This document shows, in pieces, positions 1-13,600 of a stretch of 64,000 nt of DNA; within the stretch, counting starts at the first letter, position 1; each line of letters begins with the position of its first letter. The stretch covers positions 31,868,001-31,932,000 of the forward strand of contig OZ320323.1 in the NCBI GenBank assembly GCA_976226885.1, given 5' to 3'. The DNA is from Iphione sp. A-MEVVRFRX5 (taxonomy: Eukaryota). The notes under the pieces were generated by a model, which had not been told where the DNA came from, did not search any database, and saw nothing but the letters and a program-made list of their open reading frames with translations. The translations under genes and the position numbers were made by a program.

Positions 1-2337
1 CATTTCCCGTGATTTGATAAATATAATGAGAGCAGCCTTAGCATACCTAGAAGAAGAGGGGAGCCCGAAATATATCCAAAACCTTTTTGTGCTGGCACAT
101 TCCTGTATATAACACAGCTTGCATGTCATTTGGGGCGTGACTGTGAACTGAAAAATACAATGAGCAGGTGTATTTTCTCTAACGTTATGAGCACCTCACG
201 TCTCTCAAAGAATATTACTTGTCTCTCAGTCATAGGCTGGAGGTAACATCATCAGGTTAGTACTAAAAGGTGTGACTTAGGATTAACAAATTGCTCATGC
301 CTAATAAGGTCTAACCAATATTCTAGATGTTTTCCAGGAAACTTGATCTCATCCCAAAATGTCCCTCTGATATTGTGCATGGGTCCTCATTGGTCCTTTG
401 AAAACCGACCTTCCCGGTGCCTTTAAGTCATCGGATGCTTTTTTTTCAAAGAGCTCATTGAAATGACTGCAGCGTATCTTTCACCAGTTCAGCTTGGGAG
501 CGAAAATGCCCAACTGCTGTAGAAAACCGATTCTGACAGGACGGTTTCCCTCGGGGCCGAGCCCTCCGAGAGACTCACGCTAAAGAAATACTCATCTTTT
601 TAGAGGCGGCACAATTAAATGTGACCCATTAGATACGTCCACCGGAAAAATGGAAGTTTCCTTTCATAGCTGTGAAGCTTGGCTCTGATCTGATGGCTGA
701 AGTGTCGTCCTCAAATAGAAGGAAAGGGATAACTGTTCTCATTCTGCGATTCACTCTTTGCGATGTAGAACCTTGCAAGATTACGTCATCACTTTGAGAA
801 GGATAAAAACATTCCTTCTCGGGGAAGACGTGTTTGGAGTGCTCGAAATTTGCGTCGTTGGATATTGAGATGATCTTTGGTATTGTGTCCTGAAATGGGG
901 CAGTCGGCTTGACAACAGCCGAACGACATTTTTTCACCCACTGGATCGATGTGCAGTTGGGAAGATTGTAGAGAGGGCAGCGTGACAAGAGGCCTCCTAC
1001 TTCTTAATACTAAGTCTCCCGTGTTTGTGTTAGACAATGGCACACATTCCTGCACATCTTACGGTGCTGAAATAAGCACGACTATACGGTAACATGATAA
1101 ACGTTTGATGTCACCATATACCCGGATTGTTTGTATACATCATACGGAGAAGTTATCGGTTATTTCAAAACCTGACTGGAATAATTATATCGGTTCAACC
1201 AGTCTGACACGTACCCAGGGATTTCACAGTGCATTTGCTAATTTAAGAAACGGATGTATATTTACAATCTTTCATCTATAGAACAGGACAATTAAGTCCG
1301 TGTAAGTTGGAGGCAAACTCTTATTTAGTTTCTATGTTTTGCTTACTGTCTTTATGGCCAAGGAACACTCCATAATTGTTGCTGTAGTGGCATTGCTTCT
1401 ATAGCCGACTTGTCAAGTATGCACCAATCCCTTCTCTCTCTCGTCCGTCCCTGTCTCTTTTTTCTCTCTCTATCTCTCTATCTCTTCTGTGTCTCTCTCA
1501 CTCTCTCGCTCCATATTTTACAGCGAAAATGTATCTCAGCTCGAAGGTTTCTGATGTCATATTCTCCTTTCACTTACCTTGCATGACAGTACTTAGCATG
1601 CATCACATCTTACAAGTTAGCCTTGCCACTTATGAACATTCCCATTAAACTAAATAGTAAATTTGAACCTTATACGGAAAAGGGTCATGCCAATGACGCA
1701 TCACTTATTCTATGAAATTAGGTCTGCTTACGTGAGGTATAGAATGATAGGACTAGAAGAAATATTTTACACCATTTATTGCAATGAAGAATACTATAAG
1801 CTGCAGAAGGACAGATGGTAATGAAAAATCCACATAATATGTCATGCAGTTATGAAAACAAAAAATATTATGTCTTTATAGGCATGGTTTATATAGTTAT
1901 ATAAACAGAGATTTTATACTCGCACTGGATCTTTTCTTCGCAGGCATTGAACATGGGGAGAACATAAGGTTTTGAGCAAAGAGAGCTTCTAAAGTTGCAG
2001 CAGGTTAATTCCATTAGTTTCCGAGCTGGGTCCTAATCCATTAAAGCCTATGCCATCTTGTCAATGTCATATTTTGAAGTAAGTTTTTCATTAAGCATTG
2101 AAATTTCTCTCTTGTGATTTATCATAAGGGGACATGCTAGCCGTGCTGACGTGGCAAACAAAGTTAACGTATATAGACTGTGACCTATCAATGTGGAGTA
2201 CATTACAGTATGCGATTACTACCATTGAATATTTTAGTATGTGGCTGATAAACCAGTGTGAATTTACTGTGTTGGAATTAAATATATTATGCATGTTTTG
2301 TGGAGAAACAATCCAGTTCTATTTTAAACTGTTTTAG

Positions 2338-2574
2338 GGAGACAATTACTCAATATCCACACTGCTTTGAGCAGTACGGATGAAGTTTCGCCATGCTTTA
2401 AGTGAGGCACATACCGAGTAGAGGGTTGTACGCGATATATTGTAACAGCAGGGATTAGTGCAAGGCGCAGCCGAGCACGTATATCCCTGCTGTTACAATA
2501 CATCAAGTACACCCTCTATGAGGAGACAATTACTCAATATCCACACTGCTTTGAGCAGTACGGATGAAGTTTCG
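2338..2574. repeat. 53-bp perfect direct repeat (2338-2390, 2522-2574) flanking a 100-bp palindromic insert
   Basis: Identical copies by inspection; insert has a perfect 18-bp inverted repeat (2438-55/2483-2500) and an outer tagagggt-t-gtac/gtac-accctcta stem. Confidence 0.85.
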
Positions 2575-4523
2575 GCCTGATGTTGTCAATCATATTAATA
2601 CTACACTAAATTGTAGGGAATATGGCATTCATCAAACACATCCACAAACATGCCACGTTTGTCATTGTTTGTTATTGTTACCCTTCCCTACTTCCAAGAG
2701 CTGAGGATCATTATTGGTGGCGGGCTCTATCAAGACATCCCCTATCGACCGATCCCTTTTTATAACATGAGAGTTTAACGCGGTAATCAGAGTAGAACCT
2801 TTAATGTGGGATAGAATTGGGACCATAGCCTACAAAAGATATCTTATGTAACATTGTTTATTAATATATTGTAAGGAGAATTATAGAAAATGACACGGAC
2901 AAAGAAGAAATATCAAAAGTCATGTATCATAGTTTTGATGGAGTCGTGTTAAATGTGACACTCTAAACTCTAATCTTGCACATGTCTTTGGTACCTAATG
3001 GTGTGATGAGCTATCAGTACCTAGTAGGCTGGCTCGGAAAGCATCTTTGGCTAAATTTCCATGTACGTATATAATTATGCAGGTTCAGCCACCTCGGAAC
3101 ACCATTAAAAGTAACATCCCGCTTCTGTGCTTGTGTCTGTGCATCTAGTATATTCATCATGTAATACCTTTGAAGATTACCATAGACTCCATTGAAAATA
3201 TCTATTTATGGCCATGAAAACAGCAGATTAGTATCTTTTCCAATCTGAAAACATGCTGTACATGCACATGCTACAAGTATGCATGGAAGCAATGCTTTTG
3301 TTGTTTTTTGCCACAAAAATTATGGTAGCAACACCGTGAAATTGGCCGTGATAACACATACATTGCAAGTAAGCCTTAGTCAAGAGTTGTTTCCTTTAGA
3401 GAGATTACTGCAACATTCACCTGATAGGCTTGTTGTGTGTGGAGTGAGAAGTTCTATGGATTTCAATTGACAATCAGACTGTCAAATCGTAATCAATATT
3501 GCAGATTTTTGATCGGAGACACAAACTCTTCTCATCCGCCCTTCATCAGACCCTGGAGGTGACCAGTGCACCGTTCGCACACCTCATATCTTTAACCCCT
3601 GGAATGGTAAAGGAGAAAGCAGACAATTTTTATTGCGGGATTCGCACTTTAAACCCTTTGGAGGTTTCAGCTATAGATTCCTACATAACCTCAAGCACTT
3701 AGTGGCAGAAAGTAGTGCTCCGTAGGTGAATATGTTAAGGCGACATAAAAGCCTCCAGACTTCCATTTATTTTACAAGGCCACGGTTGGAAAAAATCTCT
3801 GGCTAGTCTAGGATGTCTTCAAACTGCCTATATAAAAAAGTCTATACATGGCATTTTTTAACGTTCAAACACGTCCTTTACAATTCTACAAATACGCATT
3901 TGCGTATACCAGAGCAATGCTTTAAGACCCATTTCCCTCCGAGATTGAAAACATTTTTTTCATTTCCTTCATTCATGGCCATTATATAGAGTCATATATG
4001 GTAATTCAAAAGAAATGCTATGAAAGGGACATTCCGGTTTCAATGAACATGTAGTCCATTTATGTGATGCTTATATGAAAGCGTACATCACCTTCAGGCA
4101 GCGGTTAGTCATTCAACAACTTGTATATCATGCCAATGTAATGCGGAAAGTGTTAAATGACTGCCATCACTATGGTTCGGCATGCTCTAAATTATTGCCC
4201 TTACAGTTCGTTTTACTGTTCGACCTAGGTATCTGAATAGCAGACACTTCAAGATTATTTATCATTCAGAAATGTAGAGCATTATGGTAAGAAGTCGTAT
4301 TTCTATAGTTGAAAGAAAGTTTTCACCCGGGAAATCCATTCAGAAAACACATGGGGGGGCAGGTATATCATAACTGTGCAGGCATTTACATGCACATTGA
4401 ACTGGCTGTACCATCCCATTTAAATAGATATCCTTTGACTGAGATTGACAGGTCCTCTCTGTCTACTGGTTGATTTACTTGGCTGTTGTCAACTGAACTC
4501 TCGTCCTTTTCCTGCTTCCCCAG

Positions 4524-4696
4524 GCACCTTCGACCCCCCGATCAGTAACCGGACCCTGGCTGCCAGTCGCTCCCTCCTGGTTATCGTCTACTCCAGCCCC
4601 CTCAACCCCAACTATCCCGTATTCCAGCAGTACGTCGACGCCTTCAACGAGAGGCCACCCTTCGACTTCCCCAACCCGTTCAGTTTCCCCAAACAG
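4524..4696 (+). CDS. rGC exon (extracellular domain) GTFDPP...FSFPKQ
   Basis: Pyrimidine tract + cag acceptor, donor gtgagt; phase 1 to 0; GC-rich coding composition. Confidence 0.85.
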
Positions 4697-7600
4697 GTGA
4701 GTCGCACACACGGCAAGCCTGCATGGCATAGCTAAAAGAAAATAAGCGTCGGGGACCAAAATGAGTTATTGTAAACTTGGCACGCTGCCGCCTGGCGTAT
4801 ATATGTTGGGAACTGGTCCTTTGAAGTTGCAGGTCGGTACTGCTGAATGGCCTGAAATATGCTCTTGAAAGGCTTTGAAGTGAGAATTGACCTTGGTTTG
4901 CCCTGACTACGTGCGAACCGAACAGGCATTGCAGGGGTTCGGCTATAGGGGGGGGGGGGGAGCTGGTGGAATCCTGGAATCCATCTGACAAGGAGCGCTG
5001 ACCTAGGGCATCTAGTTCATCATAACACATTCACCATGACCAAAAGCCGAGACACAGTCCCCTGTCGTCAGGCTGAGGTCACGTGACGACCTCCTACATA
5101 GACTGTTGAGGAGGGATTCCGTAACATTTCAAGTCGTCAATTTTCTAGATGATGAGAGTTAGTCGATTTTATTTGGTGGATGTAGTGACACTCTAACCGG
5201 ATGACGTATGTAGAGTTCTTGGGGCCCTTCGGTAAAAATAATATAAACAGATATATCATGAAAGTCTTCCAAACGGGCTGCCCGTTACACATGCTTGCGT
5301 GTGCTGTTTGGTTGTACATGTATATGTGTGAGGTGGGACAGTCGTGTAACGACAATTACATGTATGATGAGCACACATAAGGTATCTATTCATAGATGGT
5401 CATTTCTAATGGGTACATTGAGTTAACCCTCTCTCAATGACAGAGGCGCACTGATAGGAGATTTGGATCATTTGGTTTTGTAACGTCTGAATGAGGTAGA
5501 TGGTCCACGTAAAGTAAGTAAAGTCACAGTGAAGGTATAATGTTTCTATTTCTCTTCTTCGGTCCTATTGATTTCCCTCGTACACACAAATTAAGCAGCT
5601 CTTATAAGCGGTTTGTTGCGTTATCTTGAAAACGTGAGCTTTGACCTTATCAGTACATTGGACAGGAAATTCAGTGGTAAGCTTATCGGGAGGAGCACCT
5701 TATGTATTTCAATGACTATTTGGACAGATCACAGTGTATGCAGCCTACCTCTATGACGCGGTGATGCAGTACGCCAGGGCCCTGACGGAGGTACTGGAAG
5801 AAGGAGGCTCAATTATCGACGGCAAACTCATTATGAGCAAGATACGCGGCCATTCCTACAAAAGTAAGTCCATGAGCAGCTCCTGAGAGCTGAATCAACA
5901 CCAGCCTAGTCAATCTCGTTATAGCTCCGTGAAGAATTCTGTGTCAACAATGTGTGGGTGACTGTTTCGACAATTTCTAGAGTGTTACATATACATAAGC
6001 ATATAGTAATCAACTTTAGTTTTTTACACATTTACACACTATCCTGAAATGATTCTACCTTTGTGATACGGTCCATATTTCACATGGTCCTAGTTGTTTC
6101 AGTATCATAATGATGTTTCTGATAATATTCAAGACAATCAACATACTTTGACAATGCGTAAAACTAATATCATTCAGAAGTAGGTATCGTTAGAAGGTGC
6201 AAAAATAGACATGCAGTAGAACCTTGGCACTGAGGTCATGCTTGGTCCTCTGTAAAAGGGTCCCTATTTTTGGTGTCCCCTTTTCTGAGGCGGACAACCA
6301 ATTAATTAAAGGATTGCCCTGTGTCCTGCGTCTTATCAATACCCAGGCCTTACTGTAGACAATCGCCCTATTCTCTGAATTCCACTGGTTAAAATGGAAT
6401 TAAGGTTTTCATTGAAGGCAATAGCTTAATGCATTCCTGCCCTAGCTTAGGCATGTTTCAAGGCATTCCCCGCTATCATAGGGTATTTCAGAGGTAGTAG
6501 GATAATAAACATAAACAGATTGAGCTATAAATATGTAAAGTTGGGTATGACATGTATGGGATGTTCCTTGATATATGAGTAAGCAATAGATAACGAAGTC
6601 ATCCGACTGAACAATTAATGTGAGAAACTCTCTACAGAACCCTTGAGAGAAGGTTTGGGTAGGGACTAAATTCCATTATCAAACCTAATTTCCACATGTG
6701 ACCATGTATGAATGTCTCGAATCAAAGGATGACCTCTTTAGAGTATCACTGCTCCAACGAGTGAGAGGCCCTGCTTGACCTCACCTAAACCACATCACCA
6801 ACACTCTTTGAGGAGGGAAGGACCGCCACAAGTAATAACGCCATTAACTACAGGCACTGCGGAGAGCAAAGTAAACGGTCAAATGCTCGCATGTCTGTGT
6901 ATCCGGTCGCAAATTAAACATGGCGCTGAGACAAACTGGAGTATTTAATGTCGATCAGTTTGTCTCCAATCGCAAGGTAGATAAGGCACATGAACTGGAG
7001 GAAAATGATATGGAAGTCTTACTCGTATGGTGTGGTGTCCATGTTCCATCGGAATTATCAGTAGTCAGCTTGGGACCATCTTTTAGCTGGAGGGTGAAAA
7101 CAAAGTGCCGATATAAACTGGCATGTTTTAAGTCAATCTGCTGCGTGTCTAATCGCAAGCTGTGCATGAACTGGAAAACAATCACGGGGAATTTTCACCA
7201 GTATAGTTTACATATCACCAGTGAGCTGGGGATCATCTGTAAACCTTGAGGAAGGTTCCATTGATCCTATATAGAAAAGCATTGCTGTTGTAGTACTATG
7301 ATGCAATGGGGGCGCGGGAGGTGGGGCAGTTTGTGAATTCGAAGCTACCTCGATGAGTGTATTGGTTAGAAAGACTTATCGTATGAAGTTTATTACTGGT
7401 CACTTAACTGTAGGGTTTTTTTCTACACGGCGCAACCAATGATCTGATGCGGTAAGAATAACGCTTTCCTTTCCTGAAAGTGTGTTCGTATCTGAAGTAA
7501 TCATGGTAGGTATGTATGTGCACATGATTACTTTTCCAATTGATTAAATGTATACTAATGCTGTAGGTGTCCAAGGCTTCCTGACACGATTCGACGAGAA

Positions 7601-10600
7601 CGGCGACGGTGTGGGTAACTACACCGTTCTCGCGAGAACGCACTACGAGACCGACTACGGCGTCTACGGCATGCTTCCGGTCGGCCATTTCCAGATCATC
7701 GAGAACGACACCCTACCGGTAAGGCCATTCAGACGTGTGTCTGCTCAAGATTCATACCCAGGCGCTTATGACTTATGCAGAGCTGGCTTCGGGTCGGGTC
7801 ATGGATATCTGCCGATGATGGTAAGCAGTACGGATGACAGGTTCACTGCTGGGGCCAAGGCCAGTGGGAAATGGGCTGTTACCATCACTCACTTGGCCGA
7901 TACTCTCTACTTCTGTTGATGGACGGAACCTTTTATGGTCCTTATATGATGATCACTCTGAGATTTCTACGCGTCTAGAACCTCCATATTAGTATGGGTT
8001 TTCTTTATATCCGGAAGTGCCATAACAATCAGGAGGGAAAGGGTTTGTACCAGTATAGAGCTTCAAGCATTGCTTTTCATTGCCTTCTTCGTTTTTTCAG
8101 TGTGGTTTTTATGAATAACGTCCTGTTAGGTATCAATGCATACCCAGCCACTGTCCAGATATGAGAAAACGACCTTATGATTTTCTATCCGTCCAAAGAT
8201 AGTCTCCTAGGTGTTAAGGACTATATATAAACAAAAAACACTGCAATATCCCGCTGGAGTCCACCGCAATCGCCATGACAGAACGTCACGGCGGGCAAAA
8301 CTCATCAGAAGAAGCCCCCCCCCCCTTCTCAGGACGTGGTCTATAGTGCTCGAGCTTGCCTCCACACATGAGGCTCTCTTCACTTAACCAATCGCCTCAT
8401 CGCATAACAACGTCAGAATTATGCTACGAGAGTGATTACATTCTGCAAGTTGTTACGGGGGTCTCTGCTACGACGGCCTTATCGTGACGTTATTACGCGA
8501 CGGTTTAACCGTTCTCGCCAGGTGGTTTTGAATGACGCTTCTCTATCTTCTTCTTTTCCTGCTGCTCCAGGCCTTCCGATTGCTGGACGGGAGGAGTATC
8601 TCCTGGTTGGGTGGTGTTCCTCCAGTGGCTGAACCTGCGTGCGGCTATCGTAACCAACACTGCATTCCGAAACCAAGTAAGTGGTCTACCACCTCAATTT
8701 CCACATCCACTTTCCTACTTTTCCCCTTTCTCCCTTCCTCCGCCTGCCCCCCCACCTTTCTCTCCATTTCTCCCCTTCCTCCTCATCATCCCTTTTCTCC
8801 TCATTCTTCTCCTCCTTTTCCCCCTCGGACCCCCTCCCCTTCCTCCTTTCCCCCTTCCCGCTTCCTCTTCCTCCTACTCCTTCCCCCTCCGTTCACCCGC
8901 AACCCGCCTCGAGTTCTATTCTATGAAATGGATCCGTCCTGTCCCAACGGCACCCGTCCAGGCCATCAACCTGCCGAATGTGCGGCAACACATAAACTGG
9001 TAATCCATAATATATATGAACGTTTTCCGAACAAGGTCTCATCAACTCTCAATGTCCTAGAAAGTGGACATAGGGCTAGGAGCATTTTTAAAGGAAACTG
9101 ACTGCCTTAACATGAAGCTGCAATATTGACTGATTGCTTCTGTGGTCGTAGCTCCACTCGCCTATAAACGTCACACAAACCAGCATAGACAATCAGCATA
9201 GACAACCAGCAAGCTGTCTAGGCTTCAGACAGTTATCTTTGGTCCCAATTTGTAGCACATTTACACTGAGCTAATTTAGCCACGTCTGAAAGAAAACTTG
9301 AGATTAAAATGTTATCCAAGAGGTTGACGCTTACAAAATCTTTATAATACGTTCTAAGGGACGAGAGAATCGGAAATACGTTGCGAACTGATACCAAAAA
9401 AAATCATTTTACCATTCATAAAGTGATTGGCATATAGTAATCCATTTCAAGCGTTCCTCCAGTATAGCCTTTGATTTATATTCTTTGTCCTATCATTCAT
9501 TTTATCTTTGTCCACTAATGTTTTATGCAAACTGGAGGTACTGCTACGTGCCATTACAGATAAATCTATGAAGATTTATATGTATACGTATATGTAATTA
9601 CGTCTCCATGTATACATTTGCATTCTGCTGCTTGTTTCTTTTATATACTCCCATTCTTCAATGTCCCATTTTTTCATATTTATCAGCAATTTATGCACGA
9701 CCTATGCCATCTGTGGCCATCCTTTAAGCTACAAGGCAAAGGCCCTCCGAACACCAGTCAAGTGCACCAATAGCTACAGTCTGACAGTTACCTCTCATAA
9801 AAGGGTTTCCAAAGAGGTAGTTTATCTCCCCAAAGGACCGAGTAAGAGACTGCTTCTATCCTGACACTGCCATTGTTGTGTTCCTCTTGAGGCGACAAGA
9901 AGCCCCGCCATGGCGAGATGCATGCACTGTCTCTAACCCTCATGACCTTAATTCATCCATTGAGGCCATGACCTTTGAGGAGATGTAGTCGGCAGGTGGT
10001 TAAGGCCCTGTCTCCATCAACCCTGTCATTGACATGAATTACCATGCTAACGGTATCTTCTCGATATGCTGCCATTCACGTGGCCGCTCTTCCTCTTCAC
10101 GCGCGGCTCTGCCTGTATGAGAGAGAGACAGAGACAGAGAGACAGAGACACAGAGCATTAACCTTTCTCTGTGTCCGTCAACTGTCTCTGCACCTGCCTG
10201 TCCCTGTGCCTATTCTTGGATCTGTCTGTTTGTCTCCCTCTCATTCTCTGGCTGTGTCCTCCTTTCTCTCCCTCCCTCTCTTTAAATTACCCTGTCCCTG
10301 AGACGGCTCCCTCTCTCTCTCTTCCTCACTGGGTCTCATCAGGAAATTTCGTTTGTATTCCAAAAATACCTCTTCAGAGCGATGGTCTGGTGATCCCATC
10401 ACATAGGGCCAGAGGTTCACTTAGCATCTGGAAGTAATAACCATGCATACTTACATCTGTCGATATTTTCGACCGATGGAGGAGGTAACCCCTTCACTGC
10501 ATGTACATGCTATCCCCAATGAGCTGACGATCGTCGCTCTCCAAGACAGTCATGAACAAATTGCTCCAGTGGGCTCACGGCTAAAACCCAGGAGGAGAAA

Positions 10601-13600
10601 GACATCAGACAGCAGTTTATACGAGATGTCGCAGGGGAGATCAAGGTAGAGTTGTCATCATTTCAGTATCTACATATATATGTATATAATTATGTATGTA
10701 CTGTGTTATGAGACGTTAACAAACGACAGTTAAAACGAACATGCGCTTTCATCTCAACTTGGGTGGATGGAGAAGGTCCGTGTATTTTTTAATATAAAAA
10801 ACATTAAAGAATCTGTCCAGCGAGACAAGAACGAGTGTATAGTTTCGTTACATGTACTAGAATTGATACTTCTATATATGTAGATCCCCAGTGAATAAGT
10901 TTTTCCCCATAACACAATAATGCGATTATTTTTCTTTGTAAATCTCCGTAAGAATTTTTTTAAAAGGCTCCTTGGTAAGTAAACATCTCCTTGTGAAGGA
11001 GAAAGCGTATTCTCGTGAAGGAGAAAGCATCAAATAGCATGTATAGAACTAAGAAACCTCCGCCTGATGAAAGTAGGGCTTTTCGATACGTTCCTCGTCT
11101 CTCACCATATAATCAGCTCAGTGCTGTCTCCCTTAGTGGCTCGGGCGATATTTTCTTGTTCCCTCGGGATCACCCGCACGCCCACGGCGGACAATTGCTT
11201 GTGATCATAACAATAAAAGGGCGAGGCGATAGTGTTCGAAAGTCCGGGGTTTAACTTGGAGCTCGATACCCATTGATCTCCTTCCATTCTTTTTATATCT
11301 ATCCCTCTTCTGTGTGACATCATAATGTGTTTGCGGGACGCGGGCCTTTGAAAGGTACCTCTGTTCGGTCTAATTTCACTCACATTTCTGAACATTGTTT
11401 TCAAGGTACATTACAAGGGCCTGCAATTGTCAACAACTTGTTCATGATGTGAATGGTTTAATAATAAGACAGATAAGGAAATTGGAGAGTTCCATAGGTA
11501 GTCAATCAATAATAACCTCATGATGTCATTTCTTCGCTTTTGTATAATTTGTTAGCATTGACGAGAATTACAGTCAACTCTTACTTTCGCAACACTGTTT
11601 GATGTCAAGGGCTTCTTCCTGAAATAGCTAGTGTTGGAACAGTGTTTTTTAAACATAGTATAGTCTCATTTTGTACCAAATAAACGTATTCGGAATAGTA
11701 TCAGTACTAGAGTTGGCGGATGTTGGAGGGGGGAGATAATATCTTTTTAAATGAAATGAATTAATTTACTTATCGCTGGGAAGTTTAAACGTTGTCGATA
11801 TTCATCCTATCCCTGATGGTTTGTCTCATTTATACCCTTGAAAGACTTTTTTTGCAGACCGTCTTTCTCACCCAGCGAGGGTCTGTAACTAAGAAATGTT
11901 TAGGTAGCACCAGCAGTCAAAGCCAAGTGAAATTGGACAATGTCCTGGCCTACCAGCGATAGGGCAATTCTGTACCAAAATGATATGCTGTGAAGAGCAA
12001 GGATAGTGGAATAGTCTGCTGTTGGTATATGTATGGGTAACTGTATGTAAAATATACATTTCAAGTTGCCACAGTTTAGGAGTGCTTGCCAAAGTATCAT
12101 TTGATGATGGCATGGCTTCAGCCGACAGGGAGACTCCCATAGAGGTCGTTATTTGTGGGGCATATGTTGCAGCATTGGTGTCGATTTACCCAGATAGTTA
12201 TCGTACCCTTGCATATATATATGGATATTTATATGCAATGTACATACACATTTCCTCACAGCATTCATGTGTGTAGAGAAAGAAATGGCGAGACGCGAAG
12301 TGGATCTCTCTCTTGCGTATGTTCACCCATTACATCTGCTGTATGGTTGAATAGATGCATATATGCGGGCATTGCTCTAATGACAGGGCATAGAAACGCC
12401 AGTGGGATCACGTTAGAACATTTACAGTGATGCCTTTGGTTGCTGTCACCTGAATAATCCAATCAGCTCGCTATCAGAGCCAGTTGAGCTCGGAAGGGAG
12501 TTGCAATATATTATGATAACTGTTACATATAAAGGAGAATACTTTATCATCGCTTACAATGGTAAAGGAACCAGCAACTGCTAGGCCGGACAGAAATGCA
12601 ATTTCAAGAGCCATGCATAGTACATATCAATATTGATTAAGTTAATTGTCAAAAGTCGGCATGAGAACGTATTTATAAGTAGTGAAAGGCACCTGGTGTA
12701 GAAATTGCAGTCGCCCCCAATAAACATGCCAGTGTCGAGTATATAATAGAATCACAGATACAATAGACAATGTGACAAGAATGCAAGAGTCCTTCATATC
12801 GTCAGGCAAGCGGTCTCAAATGCAAGACCAAATATAACATTAGTCTAATAGTATTAACCCTCGTAGTCGACGTCTGCTGTGCCCTCTGATTAAAGGTTAC
12901 CCTATGTACTTACGTTATGGGTTCCAGGAATTATCTGCCTATAATTTAGCCTCAGGTTTGAGACTTGGCTAATAACTTTGACGTTTAAGCCATGTTCTTG
13001 CTTAATACCAGGACATCCCTAGCCTGAACCCGTGAACAACCCGTGACTGGAGCTGGACATGAGAGCCGGGCAGAGAGTAGAGTCAGAATCACCCTAGATT
13101 GATATGCCATGGCCCTATGTATTGGATCCGTTATGCCCACGATATAGGAAAGAACTTTTCCTATGACCCAGAAATTGCTATTTATGTCAAATCTACCCTT
13201 TAAGCTGAACTTTAAGCCGTATGCTACACGAGCAGGTAACCGGCCTCCCTCTGAAGAAAACTTATATAAGTGTACGACAGGCACCCTCCAGTCCTCTAGT
13301 CCCATTTTTCTATCAAAGTTATGAGTCGCCCTTTACTGGAAATAGGTCCGACAATACCCTTCCATTATTTTCGTCCCACATACCCAGATTCATCGTGATC
13401 TGTACATACGTTCCTCGATATTTTTTTAAGAACTATCCTCACTAATCCAATCAGTTTAAAAGAAATGGCCTTTCTCCTCATCCTACAGTCCCCGAGAAGT
13501 TCCAGGGCCGAGGGCGAAACTCAGATCTTCCTGCCACCCCTCCTCCATGCGTAAGAGAGGCCATTACTAACAAACACGCGACTTGGAGAAACAATAGTTT

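Noticed and set aside
629-1055. Overlapping minus-strand ORFs (119 aa and 88 aa)
   Set aside because: No recognisable domain, no splice context, and neighbouring frames are full of stops.
2338-2590. Hammerhead ribozyme (GAAAC on minus strand, CTGATG nearby)
   Set aside because: CUGAUGA and GAAA cores are not on the same strand in the required order.
2699-2792. Possible upstream rGC exon after cttccaag
   Set aside because: All three frames hit a stop before the next plausible donor.
3505-3606. Possible exon IFDRRH...TPGM (cag...gtaaag)
   Set aside because: Phase 0-0 does not join the phase-1 exon at 4524, the pyrimidine tract is poor and there is no family motif.
5078-5087. Perfect GTCACGTGAC (CLEAR/E-box) palindrome
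   Set aside because: Single intronic occurrence with no supporting context.
8532-9101. 189-aa ORF extending an exon into the intron (possible secreted isoform)
   Set aside because: The open frame is explained by a CT-rich tract that cannot encode stops; a canonical gtaagt donor is present at 8677.
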